Shown: positions 18,724 to 28,938, counted from the stretch's first letter. The stretch: DNA of 64,000 nt from Paracoccaceae bacterium (GCA_044377735.1 JBILYK010000008.1:828-64827), one strand, 5' to 3'. Program-made: numbers and translations. The notes: a model not told the origin generated them from the sequence alone.

Positions 18724-20499
18724 TCAGGCCGCGCCATCGGTGAATTGCAACTTGGCCAGCCGGGCATAAAGCCCGCCCTCGGCGACCAGATCATCATGGC
18801 GGCCCATGGCCACAACGCGGCCCTCGTCAAAGACCACGATCCGGTCAGCCTTTTTCACTGTGGCGAGGCGATGCGCTACCACCAGAACCGTTCGGCCCTC
18901 AGACAGGCGGTCCACCGCCTCTTGCACCGCACGCTCACTTTCGGCGTCCAAGGCACTGGTGGCCTCGTCCAAAAGAAGCACACGGGCATCGCGCAGGATC
19001 GCGCGGGCAATCGCGATGCGCTGCTTTTGCCCGCCCGACAGCATCACGCCCCGCTCACCCAGCCAGGTGTCATAGCCCTGCGGCAAGGCAGCAATGAACT
19101 CATGCGCCGCCGCGGCCTGTGCCGCCTCGCGCACCTCGGCATCGCTGGCAGCGGGGCGGCCAAAGCGGATATTGTCCATCGCAGAGGCGGCAAAGATCAC
19201 CGGATCCTGCGGCACCAGCGCCATATAGGCGCGGAAATCCTCGCGGCGCAGATCGGCCAAGGGCACGCCATCCAGCCGGATCACCCCCGATTGCGGATCA
19301 TAAAACCGCATCAACAGCTGCAAAACTGTCGACTTGCCCGCCCCCGAAGGGCCGACCAAAGCCACCGTCTCGCCGGGCGCAACCGACAGGCTGATCCCGT
19401 TCAATGCGCGATAATCCGGACGCGAGGGGTAGTGAAACACCACATCCTCCAGCGCAATCGCGCCCTGCACCGGCTCTGCCAGCACCTTGGGCTCCAACGG
19501 ATCATGCACCGGATCCTCGGCCTGAATGATCTCGACCAGACGTTCAGTCGCCCCTGCGGCCCGCTGCAATTCGCCCCAGAGTTCTGACAAAGACCCCACG
19601 GCACCGGCCACCAAAACGGCATAGATGACGAACTGCACCAACTCGCCCGCCGTCATCACCCCGTTGCGCACATCGCGCGCACCCAGCCACAAGACACCGA
19701 CAACTCCAGCAAAGACCAGAAAGATCACGATCACCGTCAGCAGCGCCCGCGTCGCGATGCGCTCTTTGGCCGACAGGAAGGATTGCTCGGTCACCTCGCC
19801 AAACTCGGCCTTGGTGCCCGCCTCATGGGTGAAACTTTGCACCGTCTGCACCGCGCCCAAAGCCTCGGTCGCCTTGCCCGAGGAATTGGCGATCCAATCC
19901 TGGTTTTCACGGCTTAGCCGCCGCAACCGCCGCCCCAGCACAATGATCGGCACCACGATCACCGGCACCAGCAAAAGCACATAGCCCGCCAGCTTGGCCG
20001 AGGTCAGCGCCAAAAGCGCCATGCCCCCCACCAGCGTCAGCACATTGCGCAAGGCGACCGAGACGGACGATCCGATCACCGACAGGATCAGCGTCGTATC
20101 CGTGGTGATGCGGCTGACGATCTCGCCCGTCATAATACGCTCAAACCACGCCGGGCTCATGCCCAGCACCTTGTCAAAGACCGCGCGGCGGATGTCGGCC
20201 ACCACACGCTCACCCAACCGGGTGACAAAGTAATACCGCACCCCGGTGCCCAACGCCAAAAGCGCCGAAATCAGCAAGAATGCCCCAAAATAGGTGTCCA
20301 AAAGCGTCATGTCGCCTGCGCCAAAGCTGTCGACCACCCGGCGCACCGCCATAGGCAAAACCAGACTGACGCTCGAAGTCAGAAACAGCGTCACCGAGGC
20401 CAGAACCACCAGCGACCGATAGGGCCGAACAAAGGGCCACAGCGCCGTCAGCGCCCCCACCCGTTTCGACTTTGCCCGCTCTTCGACTGCCTCGGCCAT
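18724..20499 (-). CDS. ABC transporter, fused permease/ATPase (MsbA/ABCB type)
   Basis: Six-TM N-terminal half. Walker A is GPSGAGKST, the signature motif is LSGGQKQR and Walker B is LLLDEATSALD. Trimmed to MAEAVEERAKSKRV. Confidence 0.9.
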   Translation of the reverse strand: MAEAVEERAKSKRVGALTALWPFVRPYRSLVVLASVTLFLTSSVSLVLPMAVRRVVDSFGAGDMTLLDTYFGAFLLISALLALGTGVRYYFVTRLGERVVADIRRAVFDKVLGMSPAWFERIMTGEIVSRITTDTTLILSVIGSSVSVALRNVLTLVGGMALLALTSAKLAGYVLLLVPVIVVPIIVLGRRLRRLSRENQDWIANSSGKATEALGAVQTVQSFTHEAGTKAEFGEVTEQSFLSAKERIATRALLTVIVIFLVFAGVVGVLWLGARDVRNGVMTAGELVQFVIYAVLVAGAVGSLSELWGELQRAAGATERLVEIIQAEDPVHDPLEPKVLAEPVQGAIALEDVVFHYPSRPDYRALNGISLSVAPGETVALVGPSGAGKSTVLQLLMRFYDPQSGVIRLDGVPLADLRREDFRAYMALVPQDPVIFAASAMDNIRFGRPAASDAEVREAAQAAAAHEFIAALPQGYDTWLGERGVMLSGGQKQRIAIARAILRDARVLLLDEATSALDAESERAVQEAVDRLSEGRTVLVVAHRLATVKKADRIVVFDEGRVVAMGRHDDLVAEGGLYARLAKLQFTDGAA

Positions 20500-20664
20500 G
20501 TATATCACCCGTCTTGTACCCTTTGCATCTATTCCCAAGGGACCACACCTGCAAGCCAAGTCCTGCAAGTGTGGAAGGCGGCCCCTCCAGGGCGCGGCGC
20601 CACACTGCGCCCCCCTTTTCCCCGCCGCTACCGCATGCAAGGTTACCCCCAAAGGGAGATCGCC

Positions 20665-21501
20665 ATGACCCAGTTCTTCACCGCATCAGATGGCGCCCGC
20701 CTGGCCTATGACGATCAGGGCGCGGGCCTGCCGCTTTTGTGCCTGCCGGGCCTGACGCGGACCATGGCGGATTTTGACTATCTGATCCCGCATCTGCCAC
20801 CCCTGCGCCTGATCCGCATGGAGTACAGGGGCCGTGGGGCCAGCCAATGGACAGGGGCGGCCAGCTATACCGTGCCGCAAGAGGGCAAGGATGCGCTGGA
20901 GCTTCTGGACCATCTGGGCCTGCCCAAAGCTGCCATCCTTGGCACCTCGCGCGGGGGGCTGATCGGGATGCTTTTGGCCGCCGTGGCGCATGACAGGCTT
21001 TTGGGCCTTTGCCTGAACGATGTCGGCCCCGAGATTCACCGCCCGGGGCTGGAGCGGATTTTCGACTATGTGGGCCGCAACCCCGCTGCCAAGACCCATG
21101 CCGATCTGGCCGGCCGCCTGCCACGCAACATGCCGGGCTTTGCCAATGTGCCGCAAAGCCGCTGGCTGGAAGAGGCGGTCAAGCACTACACCCAAACCCC
21201 GGACGGCCTGCAGATCACCTATGACCCCGCCCTGCGTGACGCCTTTCTGGCCGCCTTCGAAGGCCCCCCGGTGGACCTTTGGCCGCTCTGGGACGCCACA
21301 ACCGGCCTGCCCGTCGTGCTGATCCGGGGCGCGAATTCCGACCTTTTGTCACAGGCTTGCGCCGACGAGATGCGCCGCCGTCGCCCCGACATGATCTTCG
21401 CCTCGGTCCCCGACCGCGCCCATATCCCGTTTCTGGATGAACCCGAATCTCTCGCCGCACTCCGCGCCTTTGTGGCCGCCGTGGAAGGGGCCACACCATG
21501 A
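20665..21501 (+). CDS. Alpha/beta hydrolase
   Basis: MTQFFTASDGARLAYDDQGAG.PLLCLPG...LGTSRGG (GxSxG). AAGGGAG lies upstream of the ATG. Confidence 0.8.
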   Translation: MTQFFTASDGARLAYDDQGAGLPLLCLPGLTRTMADFDYLIPHLPPLRLIRMEYRGRGASQWTGAASYTVPQEGKDALELLDHLGLPKAAILGTSRGGLIGMLLAAVAHDRLLGLCLNDVGPEIHRPGLERIFDYVGRNPAAKTHADLAGRLPRNMPGFANVPQSRWLEEAVKHYTQTPDGLQITYDPALRDAFLAAFEGPPVDLWPLWDATTGLPVVLIRGANSDLLSQACADEMRRRRPDMIFASVPDRAHIPFLDEPESLAALRAFVAAVEGATP

Positions 21502-22463
21502 CCTCCCTCGCCCTCATCGATGCCGCCGCCACCCGCCTTGACGGCCACGCCCGCCTGACCCCACTGCTGAACGCCCCGCTTCTGGACCGCATCGCCGGAC
21601 GCCGGGTCTTTGTCAAAGCCGAATGCCTGCAATGGACCGGCAGCTTCAAGTTTCGCGGCGGCTGGTCGGCGGTCTCGGCCCTGCCACCCGGCACCACGGG
21701 CGTCATGGCCTATTCCTCAGGCAACCATGCCCAAGGGGTTGCGCTGGCCGCCAGTCGCCACGGGTTGGACTGCGTCATCCTGATGCCCGCCGATGCCCCC
21801 GCCGTAAAGATCGCCAACACCCGCGCCTATGGGGCCGAGGTGGTGCTTTATGACCGCGCGACCGAAGACCGCGACGCCATCGGGGCAAGCCTTGCCGCCG
21901 CGCGCGGGCTGGCCTTGGTCAAACCCTTTGACGATGCGCAAGTCATCGCGGGCCAAGGCACCGTGGGCCTTGAAATCGCCCGCCAAGCCGCCGAGGCCAG
22001 GATCAACACGGCCACCGTCCTCACCTGTTGCGGCGGCGGCGGGCTGACCGCTGGGATTGCCCTCGCGCTCGAGGCTCGCGCGCCGCACCTGCCCGTGCGC
22101 CCCTGCGAACCGGCGGGCTTTGACGACACCGCCCGCTCGCTGATCTCGGGGAAACGCGAGCGCAACGCCGCCGCCACAGGCTCGATCTGCGATGCCATCG
22201 TCACCCCCAGCCCCGGCGAGATCACCTTTCCCATCCTGCACCGCCTCTGCGGCCCGGGCCTTGTCGTCACCGATGACGAAGCCTGCCGCGCCGTGGCGCT
22301 GGCCTTTCACCACCTGCGGATCGTCTTGGAACCGGGCGGCGCGGTGGCGCTTGCCGCCGCCCTTTTCCACACAGACCTGCCCGACACCGTGATCTGCACC
22401 GCCTCGGGCGGCAATGTGGATCCAGGGCTTTTCACCGACATCCTCACCCGGTTTGGGGCCTGA
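21498..22463 (+). CDS. PLP-dependent threonine/serine dehydratase family protein
   Basis: GSFKFRGG (PLP lysine) and SSGNHAQG are present. ATGA overlap with the upstream hydrolase gene. Confidence 0.85.
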   Translation: MTSLALIDAAATRLDGHARLTPLLNAPLLDRIAGRRVFVKAECLQWTGSFKFRGGWSAVSALPPGTTGVMAYSSGNHAQGVALAASRHGLDCVILMPADAPAVKIANTRAYGAEVVLYDRATEDRDAIGASLAAARGLALVKPFDDAQVIAGQGTVGLEIARQAAEARINTATVLTCCGGGGLTAGIALALEARAPHLPVRPCEPAGFDDTARSLISGKRERNAAATGSICDAIVTPSPGEITFPILHRLCGPGLVVTDDEACRAVALAFHHLRIVLEPGGAVALAAALFHTDLPDTVICTASGGNVDPGLFTDILTRFGA

Positions 22464-22466
22464 CCT

Positions 22467-23255
22467 ATGCCGTTGATCTATCTGCAAGATATCCGCCTCA
22501 ACACCGTGGTCGAAGGCCCTGCCGATGCCCCGCCCTTGCTGTTTTGCCATGCGCTTGGCACCGATCTGACGCTGTGGGACGCCATCATTCCCGCCCTGTC
22601 CCCCCGCTTTCGCTGCATCCGCTATGACGCGCGCGGGCATGGAACATCAGACGTCCCCGCCCCGCCCTACACGATGGGCGCGCTGATCCGCGATGCCGAG
22701 CGCGTTCTTGACCATTTCGCCGCGCGCGATGCGGTGGTCATCGGCTCATCCATGGGCGGGCTGGTGGCCCAAGGGCTGGCAACCAAGCGGCTTGACCTTG
22801 TGCGCGCCATGGTTCTGGCCAACACGGCGGCCAAAATCGGCGGGTCCACCCTGTGGGACGCCCGGATTGCCGAGGTGGCCGCCCATGGCCTTGCCGCCTA
22901 TGCCCCCGGCGCGATGGAGCGGATCTTTGGCCGGGGTTGGCGCGACACACCTGAAATGCCCCGCATCCGCGCCAGTCTGGAGGCAACCAATCCCCAAGGT
23001 TGGATCGGGTCCGCCCATGCCATCGCGGGGGCGGATTTCTACACCACCACCGCCGCCCTCACCCTGCCCAGCCTTGTGATCGCCGGGGCCAATGATGGCA
23101 CCACCCCGCCCGATCTGGTGCGCGAAACCGCCGAGCTGATCCGCGGCCATGACTGGGCGCTGATGCGCGGGGTGGGCCATTTGCCGATGGTGGAAAAGCC
23201 CGCCGAATTCACGGCCCTCTTGGACAGATTCCTGACCCGTATCGGCCATGGCTGA
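22467..23255 (+). CDS. Alpha/beta hydrolase (3-oxoadipate enol-lactonase-like)
   Basis: LLFCHALGTDLTLWD...GSSMGG...GHLPMVEKP. The start is 3 nt after the previous stop. Confidence 0.75.
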   Translation: MPLIYLQDIRLNTVVEGPADAPPLLFCHALGTDLTLWDAIIPALSPRFRCIRYDARGHGTSDVPAPPYTMGALIRDAERVLDHFAARDAVVIGSSMGGLVAQGLATKRLDLVRAMVLANTAAKIGGSTLWDARIAEVAAHGLAAYAPGAMERIFGRGWRDTPEMPRIRASLEATNPQGWIGSAHAIAGADFYTTTAALTLPSLVIAGANDGTTPPDLVRETAELIRGHDWALMRGVGHLPMVEKPAEFTALLDRFLTRIGHG

Positions 23256-23285
23256 GTGTCGCAATCCCCACCCTCGACCAGATGG

Positions 23286-23325
23286 CGTTCCCTCCCCCTC
23301 GTGGGGAGGGCAAGGGTGGGGGGCC
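23286..23325 (-). repeat. GC-rich palindromic element, copy 3 (reverse, solo)
   Basis: CGTTCCCTCCCCCTCGTGGGGAGGGCAAGGGTGGGGGGCC, located between two co-directional hydrolase genes. Confidence 0.8.
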
Positions 23326-23339
23326 GCCAGAAAAGCGCG

Positions 23340-24032
23340 ATGACCGAACTCCTGCTCATCCACGGCTCATGCTTTGGCGCCTGGGCGTGGGAGGCGCTCA
23401 TCCCCGCGCTGGCGCGTCACGGCCACCACGCCCGCGCCCTCGACCTGCCCGGTCGCGGCGGCGGCGCGACAACCCTCGCCGCCCAAGCCTGCACGATTGA
23501 GGATGCGCTGACCGCCCCGACGATCCTTGTCGGCCATTCCGCCGGTGGCTTTCCCATCACCGCCGCCGCCTCAACGCAGATCGCGGGTCGCATCTACCTT
23601 GCCGCCTATATCCCGGCCCCCGGCCAATCCGTGGCCAGCTTGCGCCGCGCCGGGCCCTCGCAGCCGATGAAAGGTGCCTTCCAGATCACCCCTGACCGCA
23701 GCGCCTATCGCTTCGACCCCGACCGCTGCCATGATCTTTTCTTCCACGACTGCCCCGATCCGGGCCAAGCCACCGCACGCCTTTGTGCCGAACCCATCGC
23801 CCCGCAGGAAACCCCGCTCTCCCGCGGCCCCACCCGGCCCGCCGCCGCCATCATCTGCACCGAGGACCGCGCCATCCCCCCCGACTGGCAGCGCGCCATG
23901 GCCAAGGGGCTGCCGCAACGTGACCTTGCGTCAGGTCATTGCCCGTTCCTCTCCATGCCCGAAGCCTTGGCCGCGACCCTCAGCCTTCTGATCCACCAGA
24001 TCGAAAATCCGACACAATCTGTCGCGCCCTGA
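23340..24032 (+). CDS. Alpha/beta hydrolase (methylesterase-like)
   Basis: MTELLLIHGSCFGAWAWEALIPALARHGH...LVGHSAGG. The track ORF was trimmed because its 5' part is the palindromic repeat. Confidence 0.75.
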   Translation: MTELLLIHGSCFGAWAWEALIPALARHGHHARALDLPGRGGGATTLAAQACTIEDALTAPTILVGHSAGGFPITAAASTQIAGRIYLAAYIPAPGQSVASLRRAGPSQPMKGAFQITPDRSAYRFDPDRCHDLFFHDCPDPGQATARLCAEPIAPQETPLSRGPTRPAAAIICTEDRAIPPDWQRAMAKGLPQRDLASGHCPFLSMPEALAATLSLLIHQIENPTQSVAP

Positions 24033-24086
24033 CTTGCCGGGCAGTTCCCAAAAGGCCAGCCTGTCCGTCAAATCGGAGGATGCCCC

Positions 24087-25331
24087 ATGAAACTGCGTGA
24101 TCTTGAGATTTTCGTCGTCGCCCCACCCGCGCCGGGCTGGGGCGGGCGCTATTGGATTTTTACCAAGGTCACCACCGACAACGGCATCGTCGGCTATGGC
24201 GAATGCTATGCCTCGACCGTCGGGCCAAAGGCCATGCGCGCGGTAATCGAAGATGTGTTCGAACGCCACATGATGGGTGAAAGCCCTGAAAACATTGAAC
24301 TGATGTATCGCCGGGTGTATTCCTCGGGCTTCACCCAACGGCCTGATCCCACCGTCATGGGCGCCTTCGCGGGCCTTGAAATCGCCTGCTGGGACATCTT
24401 GGGCAAGGCGCGCAACCGTCCGGTCTGGGCGCTTCTGGGCGGCAAGATCAACCAGAAGATCCGCAGCTATACCTACCTTTACCCCCAGCCGGGCGAGGAT
24501 GCCGCCGAATTCTGGGTCAATGCCGACATGACGGCGCAGGCCGCCGCGCGCTATGTGGACATGGGCTTTACCGCCGTCAAGTTTGACCCCGCCGGCCCCT
24601 ATACCATTCGCGGCGGGCATGAGCCTGCGATGTCCGACATCACCCGCTCGGTCGAGTTCTGCCGCAAGATCCGCGAAGCGGTGGGCGACCGCGCCGACCT
24701 TCTTTTTGGCACCCACGGCCAGTTCACCACCCCCGGCGCGATCCGCATGGGCCGCGAGTTGGAGCCCTACAATCCACTATGGTATGAAGAGCCGATCCCG
24801 CCGGATAACCTTTTGGAATTCGCCGAGGTGGCGCGCCAAGTCCGCATCCCGCTTGCCACCGGCGAGCGTCTGACCACCAAGGCCGAGTTTGGCACACTGT
24901 TGCGCGCCGGTGGGGTGAAAATCCTGCAGCCCGCCTTGGGCCGTCTGGGCGGCATAATGGAGGCGAAAAAGGTCGCCGCCATTGCCGAGATCTTCAACGC
25001 CGAAATGGCCCCACATCTTTATGCAGGCCCCGTGGAATGGGCGGCCAACGTGCATTTCGCGGCCTCTATCCCGAACCTCTTGATCGCGGAAACCATTGAG
25101 ACCGGGGGGGAATTCCACCTGAAGCTTATCAAGAACTCGATCAAATGGGAGGATGGCTACATCATTCCGCCAGAAGGCCCCGGTCTGGGCATCGACTTCG
25201 ACGAAGACCTCGCCCGCGCCCATGCCTATACCGGATCGGGCCTGCATCTGCAGATGCAAGAAGCCCCTTGCGACTATCGCCACGGCAACCGCTTTGAAGG
25301 CGGCGCGCCGGCGGACAATCCGGGGAAATAG
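24087..25331 (+). CDS. Enolase-superfamily enzyme (mandelate racemase/muconate lactonizing family, acid-sugar dehydratase-like)
   Basis: MKLRDLEIFVV...TDNGIVGYGEC...AVKFDP...WYEEPIPP...ATGERL. GGAGGA precedes the ATG. Confidence 0.85.
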   Translation: MKLRDLEIFVVAPPAPGWGGRYWIFTKVTTDNGIVGYGECYASTVGPKAMRAVIEDVFERHMMGESPENIELMYRRVYSSGFTQRPDPTVMGAFAGLEIACWDILGKARNRPVWALLGGKINQKIRSYTYLYPQPGEDAAEFWVNADMTAQAAARYVDMGFTAVKFDPAGPYTIRGGHEPAMSDITRSVEFCRKIREAVGDRADLLFGTHGQFTTPGAIRMGRELEPYNPLWYEEPIPPDNLLEFAEVARQVRIPLATGERLTTKAEFGTLLRAGGVKILQPALGRLGGIMEAKKVAAIAEIFNAEMAPHLYAGPVEWAANVHFAASIPNLLIAETIETGGEFHLKLIKNSIKWEDGYIIPPEGPGLGIDFDEDLARAHAYTGSGLHLQMQEAPCDYRHGNRFEGGAPADNPGK

Positions 25332-25340
25332 GGCCAGCCG

Positions 25341-25381
25341 CCCCCCACCCCCATCCCCTCCCCACAAGGGGGAGGGGGGCC
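25341..25381 (+). repeat. GC-rich palindromic element, copy 4 (forward)
   Basis: CCCCCCACCCCCATCCCCTCCCCACAAGGGGGAGGGGGGCC. Confidence 0.85.
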
Positions 25382-25439
25382 GGCAGCACGGCCAATGATC
25401 CGATCTGGCAGGCCGAAGAACAGACGCTGTGACACCTCA

Positions 25440-25483
25440 CGCCTCCCCTCCCCCTCGTGGGGAGGGGCTGGGGGTGGGGGGCC
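25440..25483 (-). repeat. GC-rich palindromic element, copy 5 (reverse)
   Basis: CGCCTCCCCTCCCCCTCGTGGGGAGGGGCTGGGGGTGGGGGGCC. It pairs with copy 4 across a convergent gene junction. Confidence 0.85.
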
Positions 25484-25489
25484 CTTAGA

Positions 25490-27073
25490 TCAACCCCAAA
25501 CCCCAATCAGCACATTCCGCGTCACCTGCTCCACAGGCCGCTCTTGCGCGATCAACCCGGCCACCCACTCACAGGACGCGGCGTTGAACACCACCCCGCG
25601 CCCCCGCTGATAGACCGCCATACAGCCGTTGCCCCGGCTCGCGATCCCCAGCGTTTCGGCATCAATTCGGCCATAGACCTTCTGCGCCACCTCTTCGGCG
25701 TCCAGCGTGCCGATGAAGGGATCTGCATCCTGCGGCCCGGTGGAATGGGCCAGCGTGGTCGCGGGCGACAGGCCCACAATCGTCAACTCCCCCTGCAGCC
25801 CCGTGCCCTCGGCGGCAAAGGGCAGCCCGTGGGTTATGGTGTAATCGATCCCGTCCACCTCATAGCCAAAGATCTTGGACGCAGCCCCCAAGACATCGCC
25901 ATAGCCAAGGCCCGTGCCCGCCATCGCCCAATGATCGGGCCGATAAACCGCAAACCCGCCCGACCCATGGGCGGCACAGCGGCTCCACCCGGCATAAACG
26001 CCCATGCTGCCCGTCAAACCCATCGTCGCCACCGCCGGGCGGCCCACCTGCGGATGGTCCCAATAGCTCGTCAACCGGTTCGTTCCCGCCATCGGGTCGG
26101 CGACCTCGGCGATGGATTTGAAACAGCTCTGCGTCAACAGGTCCTCTGACAGCCGGGTTTGCCAAAAGAAATTCCCACCAAACCGCGCAAGCTCTCCGCC
26201 CGTGTCGAGCCAAGCGTCCAGCGTGTCGCGCATCTCCCACGACCAGTATTCGTCATGCCCCACGATCAGCGCACGGGCATAGCCGGCCAGCGCCTGCGGA
26301 TCACGGTGCAGATCGTGTTGGGTCAGATACTCCAGCGCGATCCCCTGCCCCTCGCACCACAGGGCAAAGGGCCGCTCAAACGCTGCCCAGCCGGATGAGG
26401 CGTATTTCTTCGAAATCCCCTTGGCTCGGGCATAATCCATATGCGGATAGCGGGGCTTGGACAACAAGGGAGAGGCATGCGGGATGCGTGGCGCATCCGC
26501 AGGCCAGGCCACGAACCCGGTGGCCCAAGGCCGCAACAGGCTGACATGGGGGGCGAAATCGCCGCCCTCTGGTCCGGTCAGCCCCTGATAATGGTTCGAC
26601 CCGCCCCAATCATTATAGGCGCACCACGTGCCCGTCGCCAAAACCATGGCGATCTTGGCCACAGGCTTCGCCGCCCGCAGCACGAACAGATGCTGCGATT
26701 GGTGGCCGGGAATGGTCAGGGTCACGGTGTAGACCCCGCTTTGCCAATCCTCCGGGATCACCATCTCAAAGGCCAAGGGCCAGTCGCAGCCCGTCACCGA
26801 GCTCGCGGCAGGCGTCTTGGCAAAGCTTGTGGCAATCACCGTCTCCAAGACCGTTTCTGCCACAACCCCATCGCGGGCAATCACCAGCCGCGCCTGCACC
26901 GCGCTGGACATGGCATGCAACGTCAGCCGCTCGCCGGGGGCATAGGACAGCCCACCGGTATAGCCCCAAACCTGCGCGCGGGTGGGATCATCTGAGGCCA
27001 CCTCATAGTAATGCCCCGTGACCGGGTCGCCATCATCATAGGGGCCCGCGGTGAAAAACCCTTGCAGCGCCAT
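25490..27073 (-). CDS. N,N-dimethylformamidase large-subunit-like protein
   Basis: Trimmed to MALQGFFTAGPYDD. The block ATGTWCAYNDWGGSNHYQG and the overall length resemble the DMFase beta-subunit family as I recall it. Its ATG overlaps the gap-like stop (ATGA). Confidence 0.6.
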   Translation of the reverse strand: MALQGFFTAGPYDDGDPVTGHYYEVASDDPTRAQVWGYTGGLSYAPGERLTLHAMSSAVQARLVIARDGVVAETVLETVIATSFAKTPAASSVTGCDWPLAFEMVIPEDWQSGVYTVTLTIPGHQSQHLFVLRAAKPVAKIAMVLATGTWCAYNDWGGSNHYQGLTGPEGGDFAPHVSLLRPWATGFVAWPADAPRIPHASPLLSKPRYPHMDYARAKGISKKYASSGWAAFERPFALWCEGQGIALEYLTQHDLHRDPQALAGYARALIVGHDEYWSWEMRDTLDAWLDTGGELARFGGNFFWQTRLSEDLLTQSCFKSIAEVADPMAGTNRLTSYWDHPQVGRPAVATMGLTGSMGVYAGWSRCAAHGSGGFAVYRPDHWAMAGTGLGYGDVLGAASKIFGYEVDGIDYTITHGLPFAAEGTGLQGELTIVGLSPATTLAHSTGPQDADPFIGTLDAEEVAQKVYGRIDAETLGIASRGNGCMAVYQRGRGVVFNAASCEWVAGLIAQERPVEQVTRNVLIGVWG

Positions 27074-28047
27074 CACCGCGCCCCCATGCGCAGGGCGACA
27101 TCCAGCATGCGGTTGGAAAAGCCCCATTCATTGTCATACCAGCCAAAGACCCGCAGCAGGCCGCCCTTGGTCACCCGCGTTTCGGGCAGCGCCATGATGA
27201 TGCTTTCCGGCCGCGCCCGCAGATCGGATGACACAAGCGCCTTGGTGGTGGCACCAATCACCCCACCCGCGCGGGCGAGAGCCGCATTCACCGCCTCGGC
27301 CGTGGCAGGCCGTTCAGTCATCACCGCCAGATCCACCGCCGAGACCGATGCCGTCGGCACCCGCACCGCCGACCCCTCAATCCGCCCGGCAATCTGCGGC
27401 AACACGGTGTCCAACAACCGCTGCGCGCTGGTCGTCGTCGGCACCATCGACAGGGCGGCAGCACGCGAGCGCGAGAAATCAGCCGCCGGGGCGTCTACCG
27501 TGGGCTGGCTGCCGGTGTAGCAGTGAATGGTGGTCATCGACCCGGTGACAATGCCCCAATGTTCATGGATCAGCCGCGCCAGTGGGGCCAGCGCGTTGGT
27601 GGTGCAGGACGCGTTCGACACGATGGGCTGATCGGTCAAGGCCGCCTCATTGGCCCCCAGAACCACCGTCAGATCAGCGGCGTTGGAGGGACCGGAGATC
27701 AGGATCCGCCGTGCGCCCGCCTGCAACCCGCGCGCAGCCACCGCACGGGCATCAGCGCGCCCTGTGCATTCCATCACCACATCCACACCCGATAAATCCA
27801 GCGTGGAAATATCCGGCGTGCGGTGCAGGGGAATGGCGCGGCCATTCACCACCAAGGCACCGTTTTCCAGCGCGACCGTGCCATGCCAAGGACCAAAGAC
27901 GCTGTCGAATTCAAAGAGATAGGCGCACATCTCGGGCGCTGCGATGTCATTGATCCCGGCGATCTGCACACCCGGCGCCGCCCCCAGCGCCCATGCCCGC
28001 AGAACCGAGCGACCGATGCGCCCAAAGCCGTTGATAAAGACATTCAT
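27073..28047 (-). CDS. Glyceraldehyde-3-phosphate dehydrogenase family protein (divergent paralogue)
   Basis: NGFGRIGR, SNASCTTN and WYDNEWG are present. The ATG at 28047 (MNVFINGFG) has GGGAGA 6 nt upstream. The track ORF begins two codons earlier at a TTG. Confidence 0.85.
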   Translation of the reverse strand: MNVFINGFGRIGRSVLRAWALGAAPGVQIAGINDIAAPEMCAYLFEFDSVFGPWHGTVALENGALVVNGRAIPLHRTPDISTLDLSGVDVVMECTGRADARAVAARGLQAGARRILISGPSNAADLTVVLGANEAALTDQPIVSNASCTTNALAPLARLIHEHWGIVTGSMTTIHCYTGSQPTVDAPAADFSRSRAAALSMVPTTTSAQRLLDTVLPQIAGRIEGSAVRVPTASVSAVDLAVMTERPATAEAVNAALARAGGVIGATTKALVSSDLRARPESIIMALPETRVTKGGLLRVFGWYDNEWGFSNRMLDVALRMGAR

Positions 28048-28119
28048 CGCCAATCTCCCACAGGTGCGCGCAGATCATCACGGGCTGGGCAGGCTTGCAA
28101 CCATGGCCCAAGAATTTGG

Positions 28120-28938
28120 TCAAACTGGACGTATCCCGCCCGTCGCCTCGGTCACCTGATCGGCGGCGGCGCGCACCATCGTGCCGATGCACGGCGCATC
28201 CTCCAACCCCATGCGAAACGCAGGGCCTGAGACGGAAAGCCCCGCCACAGGCGCGCCATAGGCGTTGAAGATGGGTGCGGCGACACAGCGCATGCCGAGG
28301 GCGCGTTCCTGATCGTCAATCGCAAAGCCCCGCGCGCGGGTTTCGGCCAGATCGGCCTGCAACGCCCCTAAGGTCGTCAGCGAAAACTCCGTGAACCGCT
28401 CTAACCCCCGCCGGGTGACAAGGCCCGCCAGCTTGGCCGGATCATACCACGCCATCAGGGCCTTGCCGATGCCCGAGACATGCATCGGCCCCTTGGTGCC
28501 GGGCGGAAAAAAGGCGCGGATCGCCTGATGGGTTTCGACCTGCGCCAAGAACAGCACCTCATCGCCCACCTCGACCCCAAGGTTAGCCGTCTCGCCGGTG
28601 TCGCGCATCAGCCCCTCCATCGGCGCACGGGCACGCTCAACCACCTTGGTGCGGCGCAGAAAGGCCGAGCCTACCCGGAACGCCCCACCCCCGATGTGCC
28701 AAAGCTGGCCGGGGTCTTCCACCTCGACCATCCCGCGCCCCTGCAGCGTGACCAGCGCCCGGTACACTGTCGCCACCGCCTGATCGGATTTCGCCGCAAG
28801 ATCCGACAGCGTCAGGCCGGAATGGGCGGCCAGAATCTCCAAAAGCCCCAGCGCGCGGTCCAGCGCCTGAATGGTGTTCTGATCGGTCTTGTCGTGAAAC
28901 GATTTCGGGCGGCCCCGAGGTTTGGCCAGATCGGTCAT
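28120..28938 (-). CDS. bhcR: IclR-family regulator of the beta-hydroxyaspartate cycle
   Basis: Trimmed to MTDLAKPRGRPKS. It has an IclR HTH (ALDRALGLLEILA...LTLSDLAAKSD.AVATVYRAL.TL) and an effector domain. It is divergent from bhcABCD. Confidence 0.8.
   Translation of the reverse strand: MTDLAKPRGRPKSFHDKTDQNTIQALDRALGLLEILAAHSGLTLSDLAAKSDQAVATVYRALVTLQGRGMVEVEDPGQLWHIGGGAFRVGSAFLRRTKVVERARAPMEGLMRDTGETANLGVEVGDEVLFLAQVETHQAIRAFFPPGTKGPMHVSGIGKALMAWYDPAKLAGLVTRRGLERFTEFSLTTLGALQADLAETRARGFAIDDQERALGMRCVAAPIFNAYGAPVAGLSVSGPAFRMGLEDAPCIGTMVRAAADQVTEATGGIRPV

Noticed and set aside
20543-20574. CCACAC-CTGCAAG-N7-CTGCAAG-TGTGG symmetric motif between the ABC transporter and hydrolase genes as an operator
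   Set aside because: The arms are short (6 bp) and there is no adjacent regulator or second copy in the window. It cannot be distinguished from chance.
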